DNA from: Raillietiella orientalis
Lineage: Eukaryota
Assembly (NCBI GenBank): GCA_036172245.1
Contig: JAYWIR010000029.1
Location: 2,914,001 to 2,943,512 of the forward strand
Length of the DNA: 29,512 nucleotides
Direction of reading: 5' to 3'
Below the pieces are notes generated by a model, which saw only the letters and a program-made list of their open reading frames with translations, was not told where the DNA came from and ran no database searches. The translations under genes and the position numbers were made by a program. Positions 1 to 12,149 of this stretch are shown here, one piece after another; positions within the stretch are counted from its first letter, which is position 1; every line of letters begins with the position of its first letter.

Positions 1-1205
1 GCTGTGTATGCTGAATATGTAATACGCATGCCAGGTTTGCTGGTGTCTCCTGCATCTGAAATTCGACAGAAGAAATTTGTATTTAAAGTGTGTTCTTCAG
101 GTATGAGTTTTTCTATGGATTACTTTTCACTTTCTCTTGTAGGTATGACTTTATTCCTAGCTGGACAATCACACAGTGAGATGTCTCGTTGGATGAATAA
201 ATTGGGCCTTGCTGCTATTGCTTTTAATGAGGACATGAACGAAAATCGTATTTGTGATATGTCATCTGCTTCAAGCAAGGGCGGAATTCCACTAGCAAGA
301 CTACAGAACCCCTATTTACCTAGAAACAGGTTACTTCGAGGGTGTAAAGAGACCATCAATCCTAGCATAGGATTTGTTACATATAAAAAGATAAGACCTC
401 CTGGAGTTCATATATTGACTGAAGAAAATAAATCACAAATGCTAAGAACAGATAGTGCTTCCATCATCCCTAAATCATCATATGATAGAGATATCCCTCA
501 TGCTGCGGATGTGCTTACATCAGACAAGCCATCTTCTCCTCTGTTAGGCGTTCAGTCTGTGATACAGTCCAGTGAATGTTCGGCATTAAATGGTGTTCAA
601 AACGAAAACAATTCCACAGAGGTGCCTCCACTTTTGCCTCCCAAACTATCTTCTGTTTCTTTAGATTGTAGACCTAAACCTCCAGCAATTAAGCGCCCAC
701 CAATTAAAATGAAAGGGAACCCTTTAGAAGAATCTGAATCAAATATTCCATCGGTAGAAAAACCATCAGAAGCTTCCAAGCCACGCTTTTCGGACCGTAA
801 AACACCATCGCGGATTCGCAAAACTCATCACTCGGGTTTAGCTTTACCTTTAAAGAAACCATCTTGTTATCATCCCCTAACAAGGATTCATCTTCGTACT
901 TCACCAATGTGCACTGCGTTTGAAATGACTCTTGATCATGTGGAAATGGGTGGTGGTCAGGGTGAAAGTTCATCAGCTGTGAAATCGTCCACGAAGTTAC
1001 CATTAGAGCAAAAGTGCTTTCCTAAAGTAAGTAAACAAATTGCAATGCATGCATTCCCTGATGTACATCGCAGCTCACTATGGGAGTAGCAATGCTGGGG
1101 AAAAATCGACGTTCTGAGGTTTCCTCATCCAACCATACAAGTATAGGTGTTGCAGGTGCACCAAACTTTTCCAGTGCTTCTACAGAAAAGCCTTCTAATC
1201 CATAA
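1..1205 (+). CDS. 3' part of a spliced PH-domain scaffold protein, CNK (CNKSR)/IPCEF1-like; predicted exons <1-100, 143-1026, 1074-1205
   Basis: Frame 1 reads AEYVIRMPGLLVSPASEIRQKKFVFKVCSSG|MTLFLAGQSHSEMSRWMNKLGLAAI, the C-terminal half of a PH domain with the WMNKLGLAAI helix typical of CNK/IPCEF1. A Pro/Ser-rich tail follows. Removing GT-AG introns 101-142 and 1027-1073 gives a continuous frame ending LTMGVAMLGKNRR...KPSNP-TAA (1203-1205). The gene starts upstream of the window. Confidence 0.7.
101..142 (+). other. 42-nt spliceosomal intron (in-frame, stop-free)
   Basis: cag|GTATGA...ttttcactttctcttgtAG|gt, with a polypyrimidine tract. Removing it deletes 14 residues that interrupt the PH domain. 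Confidence 0.7.
1027..1073 (+). other. 47-nt spliceosomal intron
   Basis: Consensus donor GTAAGT at 1027 and acceptor cgcAG at 1073. Splicing opens a 44-codon terminal exon. Confidence 0.7.
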
Positions 1206-2349
1206 ATTTCAATTATCGACCGAATTTTTGGTAGTGAACGGAACAAAAAATTATCTGATTGTGATTATGTAATTTATCATTCCATTACTAATCATTGACA
1301 GTATTTATGTAAAGAAAGGTTCAAATATATTAAGAAATTTTATCATTGTTGCCCTATTAGTTGTAAATCACGTTAATTTAATATTCCTTAACATAATCGG
1401 ATGATCTGTGTTTAGCTCATAATATAAGCAGCTTTACCAAGGAAAATCTGGTGTCTGCCTAGTTGGTTTTATGGTTCGCACCACAGATTCGAACCATTTT
1501 TTTTCTCCATCATTTTCCCGGTTAATCGGCGCCCACTGCATGTAACATACTTCTTGAAGTTAACATAGATAAACCTTGCTCCTTTTGTCGCATAAATGCT
1601 TGCCGTCTGGTGTTTCCCACTTCATCTGTTTTCCAACTTGTGGAGTAGTTGTCCACAACGTCCTCACCCACACGCACACCCAAAAAAAAGTTTCACAGTT
1701 CTGCTGCTATTGAAGGAATTACTGTGTTAGCATTTTCCCCGTAGTTGATATGTGCTACTATGAGTTACAAAGTCTTAAGTATGGTGCTTGCCAACGTTCT
1801 TGCAAGTGGGAATTTGTTATAGCAGTTCTCATGAAAGGTCAATAGATTGAACATCAGTCTGGTCAACAAACGTTTCGTGTAAGCATTTGAAAAATTAAGT
1901 GCCTGATCGCATGGCAGTTCTGTTTCTAAAAGCACTATTCTCAAATCTTTATTTAGGAAAAATTTTGGGAGAGTTTTGGGTTCATTATACCTGAGTTGAC
2001 GAGTAATGTACATGGCGCCTTTTAGAACTAGGATATACGCAAAATAATGAAGCAAAACAGTGTTAACTTCTAAACTAAAATGGGTTTCGCTGTACGTTCA
2101 ATAAAATGTTTTTTATTTTTGCACAACTTCTATTACGTTGTTCAAACCGTGGCTAAAACAAACCATTTCAATCCGTGTGCTTCGAACCGATCCGGTTATC
2201 GTAGAACAGAACGATTTTCTTGCACATATCTTAACATCTATAATAGCAGCCTTGTCTTCCATGTGACTTCCTTCAGCAGCATTAAACGGGGGACACTAGG
2301 GATCAAGTAATAGGCCACTCTCTGCCAGATAAATACGAATGCATCACTT

Positions 2350-2760
2350 ATTGATTAGCGTTCTTTCCAGCACGGGAGCCATACGAATCCTCTTTGACGA
2401 ACCTCCGTTTCAGTTCTAAAACTGCGGTAGCATAAGTATACCTGTGTACACCTTGTGGGGACCGTTTCTGCAATCGAAGAGACGGATTTATTTACCCCAA
2501 GGTTTCAATCAAACCAATCCGGCACGCGTTTCAGGACGTCTTGAGCCTTCATGTAAGACTGCTGTCAAGTCCCGCATCAATGGCAGTAGGTCACCACTCC
2601 CTGATAGGTAGACTGCACACTCATCCGGAAACATCTCTCTGCAGAAACGCCTATGTCTACAATGTGTGACACGAAGAGACTCATAAAATGTTCCATGTGA
2701 ACTCCACGCGAGCTATCGTGATGCAATCTGTGAGCAGTCAGCGTCAGACTGCCTACAAAC
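2350..2760 (+). mobile_element. Tentative, highly diverged remnant of the C-terminal part of the Merlin/ISXO2-like transposase family seen at 14.3 kb and 29.1 kb
   Basis: Two colinear short matches with third-position differences. GTVSAIE (about 2458) matches GTLSAMG (about 14857) and ETVSAIG (about 29145, -). TRAIVMQSVSS (about 2706) matches ERAIICQSFNS (about 14966). Confidence 0.3.
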
Positions 2761-4899
2761 ATGGGATATTTGCGGTCCTTCTAGCGAACGGAACTGCGAT
2801 TGAGAGCTTTTCGGACGATCGCACTGGGAAACAAGAGTCTTCTCCCAGATGGACTTTTAGAAATGCATGAAGGCCGTTGTCACGTTGTAATGGAAAACCT
2901 TTCATCACGTCACCGATGCAGCTGCACTCATGTCTGTTGGGCGTGCCATGCATCCTCGGCAAAAACCAATTAATTATGTCACATGCAGTTTCTGTAGAAT
3001 CCATAAAAAAAAAAAAAAACTCTACTATTTCTGCTTAGCTTAGTTTCTGTTAGGGCAAAGTGTGTACACATTCCTTTCTTGTACGAGTCTCCTACAGAAT
3101 GGTAGATTTGTTTTGTTGATTCCACATAAATTTATAATGCTATCTGGATTTCATTAGTCATCTGGAATCCATATCATTCAGCAAATCCTCGAGATCCTAT
3201 GATTAAAGTGCGTTCGAACATAACATCAAGGCATCAGGCAAAGATTCAGTTTTTGCAAACACACGGGACCTTAAGTGAGTTATCTCAGACAATCATTTCA
3301 CATCACAGAAGTGCATTTTCCAATACATCAACTCTGAGACTCTAGTGAGATCCCCATCTGAAACGAAAATTTGGGTTCCCTTCACCACCCTCCGGATCAT
3401 CGCATGCATTCTGTGACGTAGCACACTCCAGTTGCGCGGGGGAATGGGAAACTGAGGGGTTGCGTAGAATTTCTTCTTCAGCACAGCAGCGGTGCGTGGA
3501 GTCCGAGCTTCCCGGAAACACTCCGTTCGTTGGCGCATCCTATCGTTGTTGCCTGCAGCAAGGAGGCTCGTGTGGTCCACGGTGCACCGATCGATTTTCG
3601 AGAAATGGATGCGTGAAGAGAAGAATACTTCTTTTCCACTTCTCTTTCAGGATAGCTTCTTTCAGAATAGGCGAGGTTGGTTTCGGTTAGGTCAGGTCAG
3701 GCCAGGTCAAGTGAATTACTCTCCGGTAGGTTCGATCATCACTCTCGGGTGGAGAGAGCCGCATTGGAATGGATGCTGTACCTGGTGTCACTTGACGGTG
3801 CCACCTTGTTGAGACTAGTGAAAAAGAAATGGTGATGACCGCAACGATAGCAAGCTCGAAACAACTGGTAATGCACTCTGGTCCAGCGCCTGCTCCCAGT
3901 TCAACCAGAGCCTGAGCTGAAGTTGAACTACCAAAGATTCAACCCTTTCCGTTATTGCTCTGCAGCCCTCGATTCTCTGTTTGTTCTGTGCTCTACTCGT
4001 TGTCTCGCGAGAAATGCCAACATCCGAATATCAATGGTCAGCGTCGCTTCGTAGCATGCACATTCGTGGCGTGCGGTCATCAAAGTGGAACCCCAGCACC
4101 GAGACCCCGTTGGGCAGTATTTGGTGTTGTCGGCACACTTGAAAACAGAGATACAAAAAAGAGAAAAGTGCGAAGGAGAAGAGAAAAGTCGGCACCGGGA
4201 GATGATGAAATCTGAAACTGCGATGTGCAGCACATCACGGTAATAAACCCTAGGACTGGCAGGGTGAAAAAAAAAGAATTCCAGCGTGCAGGAGAAGGGA
4301 GTTCGTCTTGAAAAACGGGCACTCGGAATTGCAAGAACACTTCGACGAACGGATCCCTGTGCGTGCTGTCATTTGCAATGGCAACGAGGAAAGCTCGGTG
4401 AAGTTTGGCAATGGGACTTCCATCTCTGACCCTCAACACTTCGTGTATTTTATATATTCAACGTCTGGTACGCTATGTAAACCTTCTCACTTAGGAACAT
4501 TCTTTTATCTAGCATTCTTTGGGTTCGGATTCTTTCTTCGGTAAATTGCGAGGAAGTTGCCTTCATTGTGCTCTTTATCCTGCAGCTCATTGGATTCTCT
4601 ACCTCGTTCATCGTTTCTTTTTTGCTTCTTTCTTGAGCAATCTGTTCCTGTTCACCCTTCCTGAAGTCCTTGGCTGAGGAATGCTCGTGTATAAGAAGAG
4701 GGAATTTACATCATGTCCTCTAATCAGCCGGAGAGAATTTTGCAATGCTCTTCGTTCATGCATCCTTTCGCACGATCCTATGTCAGTGCACCTATAATTG
4801 AGCCGAGGTTTCCTAAATTCCCTCCTTTCTTCATGTCTTCTGATAGAGGCATCTCGGACTCTTCGTTTTTGCGTCGAACGCTCCTTCCTCGCGTCTCTG

Positions 4900-6030
4900 T
4901 GAAGCTGCTTGGGCGACACTCTGCTGACTTTTCTTACCAGGTTCCCAGATTCGAGTCTCTTTTAGGGACCTCCATCCTTCCTGCTCTTTTCCCGAATGCG
5001 GATCGCTATCTCTCCGCCCGATTATCCCAGATTTGTTGCTTTAGAAGTTTCCTTTTTGCGAAGTCCATCCCGCATTCCGGCCTGATGCAGACGAGTCTCG
5101 GTGAGAATCGCAACGTGACCCTGGCAGCAGGCGAGGAGAGTTCATTGTCGCAGATGTGATGGAGGGTCTTTTTAACGGTATGTGTACACTGTTTGCGACT
5201 AGGGCGAGAGGCTACTGCTACGGGTGCAGGACATCTCCGTTTGATGTATCCAAGACGCTTGCAGCCGCGACACTTCATCTCTGCTCATCTCCTTTTCAGG
5301 TGTCCCTCTTCGCCGCACTCCCCGCAAACTTCGGATTTCCCCACAAACCAGACTTTGAAGTTCCTTCTGTTAATCACTTTATGGGGAAATTTTTCCCTTT
5401 TCGCGGAAACCCGCGCCGCAGCAAGCACGCTGTACACATATTTGAAACTCTTCAAAAGATTCTCTTTCCCCTATAGGACGTGCACGTTGGGGTGATCCTC
5501 CAGCGCCGCAATCACATCGCTGTCGGACACACCCCACCGGATGCCCTTCAACTGGGGGATGGAAGACCGACCCTACGTGGAAGAGAAAACCTTTCGTTCC
5601 CCTTTGCTCAACGTTGTTCGAAGAAGACCTCAGTTCTGCAGTTTTGCAGGTCATCTCCTGTCCACGGTTCACGTCCAACAGTTTAAGGGGCTTCAGGTCT
5701 CCCTTGCGAACACCACCCTCGTAAGGTTGCTGTCGAGCTCGCGAATCGTCCCTTCCAGAGGTAAGTGGCTTATCTTATAGGGGATTACGGGTTTACAGCC
5801 TTGGGCTACGTTAGCCCTCATTTCCGTATCCGCCGGAGGTCCTCCGTTGGCCACTGTTTCTGCGGCGACATTGCTCCACAAGCTTGGAGTGGGAGGGGGG
5901 CCTTGTGCGTTCTTCATAATGAAAGCTTCCCGGCTTGCCTCTTGCGAAGCCGACTGCTTCCCTTCCAGTGCGATGACAGGCGGAACGTATGCATTTGCTG
6001 GCTTCTTGTCCATGCCGGATATCCACACTA
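4900..6030 (-). mobile_element. Tx1/L1-type LINE copy A: decayed ORF1 (RRM-like region plus two CCHC zinc knuckles)
   Basis: Minus strand reads MDKKPANAY...LKGIRWGVSDSDVIAALEDHPNVHVL...KSFKYVYS..AAARV...FPHKV...WFVGKSEV-CGECGEEGHLKRR*-AEMK-CRGCKRLGYIKRRCP. Both knuckles are mutated (C>stop, H>Y). DNA-level homology to 9440-9800. Confidence 0.8.
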
Positions 6031-6034
6031 GCCA

Positions 6035-9000
6035 CCACAGAACAGACAGGACGAATGACGCCGTACTTCATCAGCAGGTGGAGGAGCAATTTGGTCTCCC
6101 TGCACCTAGCACACTTCTCAGACACACTGCCATTCGTCACGTGGTGCATGCGCTCGTTTCAGGGGAGACCCCAATGCAAGAACATCACCACGTCGTGTTG
6201 CAACTGGAGAGGGAGGACAGAAGAACTTAAGCACAGGGGAGGGACACAGAGTTCTTCCGAGAGCACACTCAAAGTATTGGCTCACCGGCGAAGTTTCTTC
6301 TCCTGCAAACAGGCTTGGCCGCGTCGGCCGGCATTTTCGTCGAGAATTCTCCTCATGGAGTTTTCCCACCCCATCGATGTTGCAGGAGAACTCTCACCTA
6401 GCCGGTAGGCTACTGTCATTGCATTCCCATGGGGAAAGCTGCCAAAGGTGTGGCGGATGCGTGTGCCCACTTTGTAGTTTCGTCGATGATTCTCTGCAGT
6501 TGTTTCCTGTCGTACCGCTGAACCGGAACGAGGTCTCCAGGATTGATGCTAGTGAGTCAGTCGACAGACTCCTGACTTCAGGCATGAATGTTCGCAGGGC
6601 GGCGGGAGATCTACGCGTTTGATTCCAGCAGAGAAACAAGTGTCTCAGGGGAAACCCCAAGAGCTTTATTCATTTCCGGTTGCGAAAAAGCAAGGATGCT
6701 AGTCCCTCGCAAGCGGATGCTTGCCTCAAAATGTCGCGAGGGGACAGACACCAGTACTGTTTCCATGCCCTCTCCATCAGGGCGAGTCCTCTGAAATGGA
6801 ACTGCAGCTCCAGCTGTTTCAGAGTAAGGATGCCAAGTCCGGCATCCCCCCGAGGCGCAGCAATGTCCTTTAGGAGGGCGCGGGGTCACCACGTGCCCCA
6901 GAGGGTCTTCCTCAAAAGTCCATCGACTCGTTGTCTCGCCTCGGAGGGAGGGGAACAAGCAAAAAGAAGCTGTCGGAGGAGGAGAGCCATGAAAGAGTTC
7001 CAGATCGAGGCCGTTCTGGGAGGTAGAACCTGCCTTCCAGGAACGGCACAAGAGCCTTCCCTACTTTTTGAAGGCAGCCGGATCACTATTCTGCAGCATA
7101 AAAGTCGCCCACTGGTACACCAGAGTACTTGAAGTACCTGCTTGTGGGTATTCCCAGGTGGATCCAGTCCGGCTGCCCCTCGAACGACGGTCCAGCCGAC
7201 AGGACCATGGACTTCTCCCTGTTGACGAGCAGGTCCGCTCCCCGGCGTATCAGCTCGAAGAATTCCTCGAGCTTTGTCTCTGGGGTGGACCTGGGCAACA
7301 GGAGAAGCATGTCATCAGCGTAAGTCGCCACGCCGGCTGGTTGGCCCACTGTTATCCTGGATCAGCATGGTGCGCTTCAGCACCAAAGGATCGAGCTCTG
7401 CTGCGAAGGTACGGTATAATCCGCGGATAGGCTGTTCTTCCTGGTACTTTACTGTCTTCTGAGTGCTTCCATGGCGGCGTTGACCTTTGCCATCGTGAAC
7501 AACTCTTCCGGGAGCCTCGTTCCTCTTCCCCTATCGCGGTGGTGCACCCCTCCGGCAGACTCTGAGAAAAGGCACTTTCTACCGGTGCCCTTACGTAGAA
7601 TGAGGAGTAAAAGTCGCGCACTGGGCGGCGACTTACGCTGATGACATGCTTCTCCTGTTGCCCAGGTCCACCCCAGAGACAAAGCTCGAGGAATTCTTCG
7701 AGCTGAGTACACCTGACCTTGTTCGTCCAGCAGGCAAGCCGCTCAGGACTGCCAGATCTGTCTCTCGGCTCCAGCCTTGAATTTGGCCAGCAGTCAGACG
7801 TCAGAGTATCTGTCTGAGGTGCTCGCTTGCAGAAAAACTCTGCTATTCTGCACACCTTCCCAGAATCCCGATGGGAGGAAAGCCAGTGGGAGCTGTTTGC
7901 AGAACCCCCGTGCCGAGACCTTCAGCAGTTGGCAATCCTCGAGCTTGCGAATGGCCGTGTCACAAAGGAAGCTGCAGAGAATTCCACAGCTACCGAATAG
8001 CTAAATCAATCCCCGGCTATCATTCACACTTTGGTGGGCGGCTCCTTTTCTGATGGCTGCAGCTGGAACTCGAGCCTGGGATGGTTCGAGAGAACCGAAG
8101 CGACTCTTCCACTACACACTCCACAACCCAAGTGTTGGTCAAGGAAAGTGAGGTCTTTGGTCTCATGCACCCCAGATTCGCTGGCCAACAAGTTGCATGC
8201 ATTCACGGCTGCACACAGCTCGTTGACCTGCATGCGATGCTCCTGGACTCACTTGTCATCCGACAACAGCAGACGCGGAAGCCGTCTGAAATGAGGTGAG
8301 AAGCCATCGGCTGCCATGTTTGTAGAAAAACCAGGTTCTGTCTCTGTGACGCAGCCTACCTGTAGGCGCCTAGACATTTATGAAGGCGAGCTGGATCGAG
8401 TTGGACCACTTGAAGAGAAGCTGCCCCACTCGACACGCCTCGTCGAAACGCTCCTCGAGCACGGCACCCTGCACGGACGGTTTCAAAACGAAAGCCACTC
8501 CGCACAAGAGCACTGTGCATTCTGCCAAATGTAGCTTGCATTTCGCACGCCTTGAGATCTCGGACTTTCAGTTGGAGGATCTTGTGCGTCTCCTGAAGCA
8601 GAGAGAGGTAGAAAGAGAGCAGAGTTTCCGCTACGGCGCGCCTCTTTTAGTCGTCTTGCAGCACATTGAGATTCCCACTGGTGATGCACAGATGACGAGA
8701 GGAAGCGGGGTTGCGGGTCATGGCAAGGAGCATGAGGGGGATGAACCCACCTCATTTCCTGGCGGTAGGGGCATGGATACAACGAATGCAGACAGATCGT
8801 CCGTGGACTCCGTGCCTGCGCTCGCTGAGATGGCGCTTTCTGATGCAACTCTCCTTTGAGGTGTTGCGATCTCCATGCCCTCATCCTTCTCCGTTTTGTC
8901 CACCGTCTGACGCCTGCGCGCCTTGGGCTTGTGCCCTCGCACGACGGATCGAGCATCACCTGCGGCCACAACGGAATTTAATTCCTTCTCGGAGTCAGAA

Positions 9001-9800
9001 GTTTGCGACTGGCAAGTTCGTCACCGTTGCGGTAGGCAACTCCTCCTTGCAGCCGCTCCTCCTTGCAGTTGCGCTTACTTGCGCACTATTTGAAAGGGCA
9101 ACTGCAGGGGCAGCATCTTGTCACCGTTCAAGGATGACCTCGGTTTTCCAAAAAAGCCGTGCAGAACGACGCGTCACCTGTTCCTCGCTTGGGTCGGATG
9201 TGTTTCTCACGGTTTTGGCGTGTGGAGAACGGTCCTCCATGCGCACTTGAAGGCGCTCGCGTCGACGCTCGCTCTTTGCCTTCCTCAACACAGTTATCCA
9301 GAAGCCGTCTTCTCCTACGGGATTGTCCTCAGAGTTCTTTTCACGGGAAACCCTTTCCTCCGTAGAGGCCTCTTTTACCGCGGAAGTCGCAACGCGAGTC
9401 GGTGGCTGTTCCTGATTCGAGCAAGAAGCTTCTACTGCCTTTGCAGGGCATACCCGCCTTAAATGCCCAAGCTGCTTGCAGTCGCGGCATCTCCTGACAA
9501 CTCCTCCTGAGGTGTACCGCTTGCCCTTAAACTTTGGGCTTCCACAGAAACCAGAGATCGACGTTCCTTCCTCACATCGTCACTTTATGGGGAAGTCTTC
9601 CGCTTTCGGCAGGAATGCGCGCCGCAGCAAGCCCACTGTACATAGATTTGAAACTCCTCAAAAGGTTTCCTTTCCGCCAAAGGACGTGTACGGTGGCGTG
9701 ATCCTCCAGTACCCCAATCACAGCGCTGTATCGGACACGCCCACCGGGTGCCTTTCAAGCGGAGGACGAAAAACCGTTCTTTCATGAAAGGATAACCGAA
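6035..9800 (-). mobile_element. Tx1/L1-type LINE copy B: partial ORF1, APE endonuclease, internally deleted RT, C-terminal zinc finger; inactive
   Basis: In order on the minus strand: ORF1 with CRDCKQLGHLRRVCP (about 9490-9445); APE motifs GNLNV, LLQETH (about 8590), CGVAFVLKP, INV*AP (about 8375); pre-RT DFYSSFY...KVPG (7620-7440); TYADDMLLLLP (YADD at 7311-7322); KYSGVP; LRKTLWG; RGDAGLGILTL; LHWGL..CARCRETKLLLHLL (about 6115-6070). Many stops and frameshifts. Confidence 0.85.
7250..7706. repeat. Perfect 80-bp inverted repeat (7250-7329 / 7627-7706) with a 297-bp spacer
   Basis: TCAGCTCGAAGAATTCC...CAGCGTAAGTCGCC is the exact reverse complement of 7627-7706. The arms contain the RT YADD codons. 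Confidence 0.95.
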
Positions 9801-9863
9801 ACGATGCAATGCGAGAACCACGACACGCGAGAAGCACAAGAAACGTCGATACCAAGGGAAATG

Positions 9864-12060
9864 TTTTCACCCGGGTAAGCCGGGGCTTTTATTATTTTAA
9901 AAAACAAAATTACAATTCATAATTGCGGTCGATTGATTTTCATTGTTTTTGTGTTCCTGTCGGAACACTTTTCCGTATTGTGATGCACTTCTTTACCGAC
10001 TTGAGTGCCGGTAAGGCCTACTCCACTCGCAAAGGGGACGGGAAAAAGGAAAAAAAAATACAAAAAAAGAAAAAAAAAACGCTTGGAGGACATTGTTTAT
10101 GGGGAGGGGGAGGGGAATGAATGGATCACTGTTCGCTGAGTGAAGGCCTCTGCATCTGGTTCCGGATGCTAATAAGTGCTGGCAGAATTTTCCTCAGCCG
10201 GCGCCAACGGGAAGCCTTCTCCATGGAGATCAGCGCCCAGTGGATGGCATTCCGACTGCTGTGGCCTCTTATCGACGCGTTCCACTTGTCCAGCATTCCT
10301 CGTATGCAGCAGAGAACTGCTACACACGCGGCACCTGGCAGGGAGTTCCGCATCAAAAGGCGACGAAAAATGTTTTTAGGGTCGCCCACCGCTACGTTTA
10401 TGGCCGACAAGAGTCGATCCCACGTTCGGCGGAGGGCAACACATTCGATGAGTAAGTGGAGGAAGGTCTCCCTTTCCCCACACTCTGTACAATGGGCATC
10501 CAGCCTCCCCAGTGTCCAGTGAGACAGGCATGCTCTGCTCAAAAGTCCCCAATGGAGCACAAGCAGCGCCGTCTCCTGCCAATCCAAAGGGAAGGTGCCA
10601 CTGTCCCAATACGCTGGGGGCCACTTCACCTCTTCCGGAGGCATGCCGAGCAGCTCGCCCTAGCGCACAATTCCATTTGGCGGGACACTCGGGGTTGTAG
10701 CGTCCGCTAGTTCCCGGGATGTCCAGGGCTTCATTGGTTTTTTCCTGCCTCCGATGAGGCAGGACACTTCGTAACAAGCCTCCTCTTGGCTGTCCTGGCT
10801 TCTATAAGGGAGGGCAGCACGGGGGCAAGGGGGGTGAATGAGGCCCACAAAAGCTTTTGTGAGTTGGATACGATCTCCCGCAGGGGCCGGCTAGCGTTCC
10901 TGCCTCGACGACGGCAGAAGTCCACCTCGCTGGAGCCGTTGATTCCTGCCCACGAGGAAACGGACTCCTGGAGCCAGGTAGTCCAGTTTGCGGGGCTGCA
11001 GGAGATCCACGGGCTGCTCCTCACCAGGGCCACCAATTCACGTAGCTGTGAACCACAATGGTACAGTCTAACGTCGTTGGCTACGAGGACTGAAGTTAGT
11101 CCATCGCAGCCGGTTGCCCTGTGGGCGTGGAGTCGTATGGGCGCACACCATGGTGCTGTCCAATATTTTACCGCAAAGGCAAGTTTTCTTAGTTGGAGCT
11201 GACGTTCCATGCGCTCCAATGTCAGGATACCAAGTCCACCGTCCCTGCGTGGAGCGCACATGTCTTTAAGTCGGACGCGGGGCCTCTGATTACCCCAAAG
11301 GGCTTTCCTGATGAGGCCCCTTGTCCGTGTCCTAATTTGGAGAGGGGCGGGGCACACAAGAAGTACAGGGTGAAGGAGGGGGTCCGCAAAGGCGTTCCAC
11401 ACCGTGGCCCGTTCCCGCAAGTAAAACTTGCCGTCCCGGAACGGGCCGATCGCTAACTCCACCTTTTGAAGACGGTCGGACCAGGCTTCTGCAGCGCAGA
11501 AGTCCCCCAACGGAACGCCAAGGTACTTGATGTTCCCGCCCGTGGGGATCCCCAAGCGGATCCAGTCCGACCTTCCTGCCCGCGACGAGTCGGAGAAGAT
11601 GATCGACGACTTCGTCCTGTTCACCTAGAGGCCTGTCCCGCGGCGCAGCAACTCGAAGAAATCCTCAAGCGCCGATGCCGGGGTGGACCCAGGGAGCAGG
11701 AGCAGAAGGTCGTCCGCATAGGCCGACACGGCAGGCGTACCGGGACACAAGCTGAGCAGGGTTGCCAAAGTCTCCCTGTATGCTCTCAGCACCAACTCAA
11801 AGTAGATGCTGAAGAGCAGGGGGCTGAGGCTGTCGCCCTGCCGGATGCCGCGACGAACCGGCAGCCGTACACGTGCCGGCCGCTGATACAAATATTGATG
11901 TATGCGAAGCGCCAGCAGGAGCGCAGGTAGGCCAGGAAGTCGGCCGGAAATCCCATGCGTTCCAGAAGCTCCAGGAGGAGTTCCTGGTCGACGCAGTCGA
12001 AAGCTTTACGCAGATCGACTGCGACCGCAAGGGCTCCGGGCGCCGCTTCACCCCTTCGGC
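9864..12060 (-). mobile_element. Tx1/L1-type LINE copy C: 5'-truncated ORF2 (RT core to C-terminal finger) plus 3' UTR; best-preserved copy, still disrupted
   Basis: AVDLRKAFDCVD, RGIRQGDSLSPLLF, AYADDLLL (11709-11720), NRTKS, KYLGVP, RDGGLGI, CTECGERETFLHLLIEC. Frameshifts near 11880 and 10750, stop at 11625. A T-rich 3' UTR ends in AATAAAAGCCCCGGCTTACCCGGGTGAAAA (9893-9864). Confidence 0.92.
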
Positions 12061-12149
12061 TTCCCTCCCCCGATCTGTGGAGAGTCCAAGACCCTCCCGA
12101 CCTAGCTGAGCCTGAAGCAATCCATTCCCGAGACACGGGAATGGTGCGG

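Noticed and set aside
1765..2055. 96-aa minus ORF with FHENCYNKF, faintly like a DNA-transposon YH..C motif
   Set aside because: Single short motif in AT-rich DNA, with no other support.
3293..3712. Possible MULE-like fragment (FPIPPRNWSV) and short GGT[TC]A pentamer run
   Set aside because: Too short and degenerate. There is no catalytic motif and it is not a true telomeric array.
3800..4450. Possible further LINE 3' UTR (T-rich on the minus strand)
   Set aside because: Only compositional similarity; the terminal hairpin motif and ORF2 motifs were not found.
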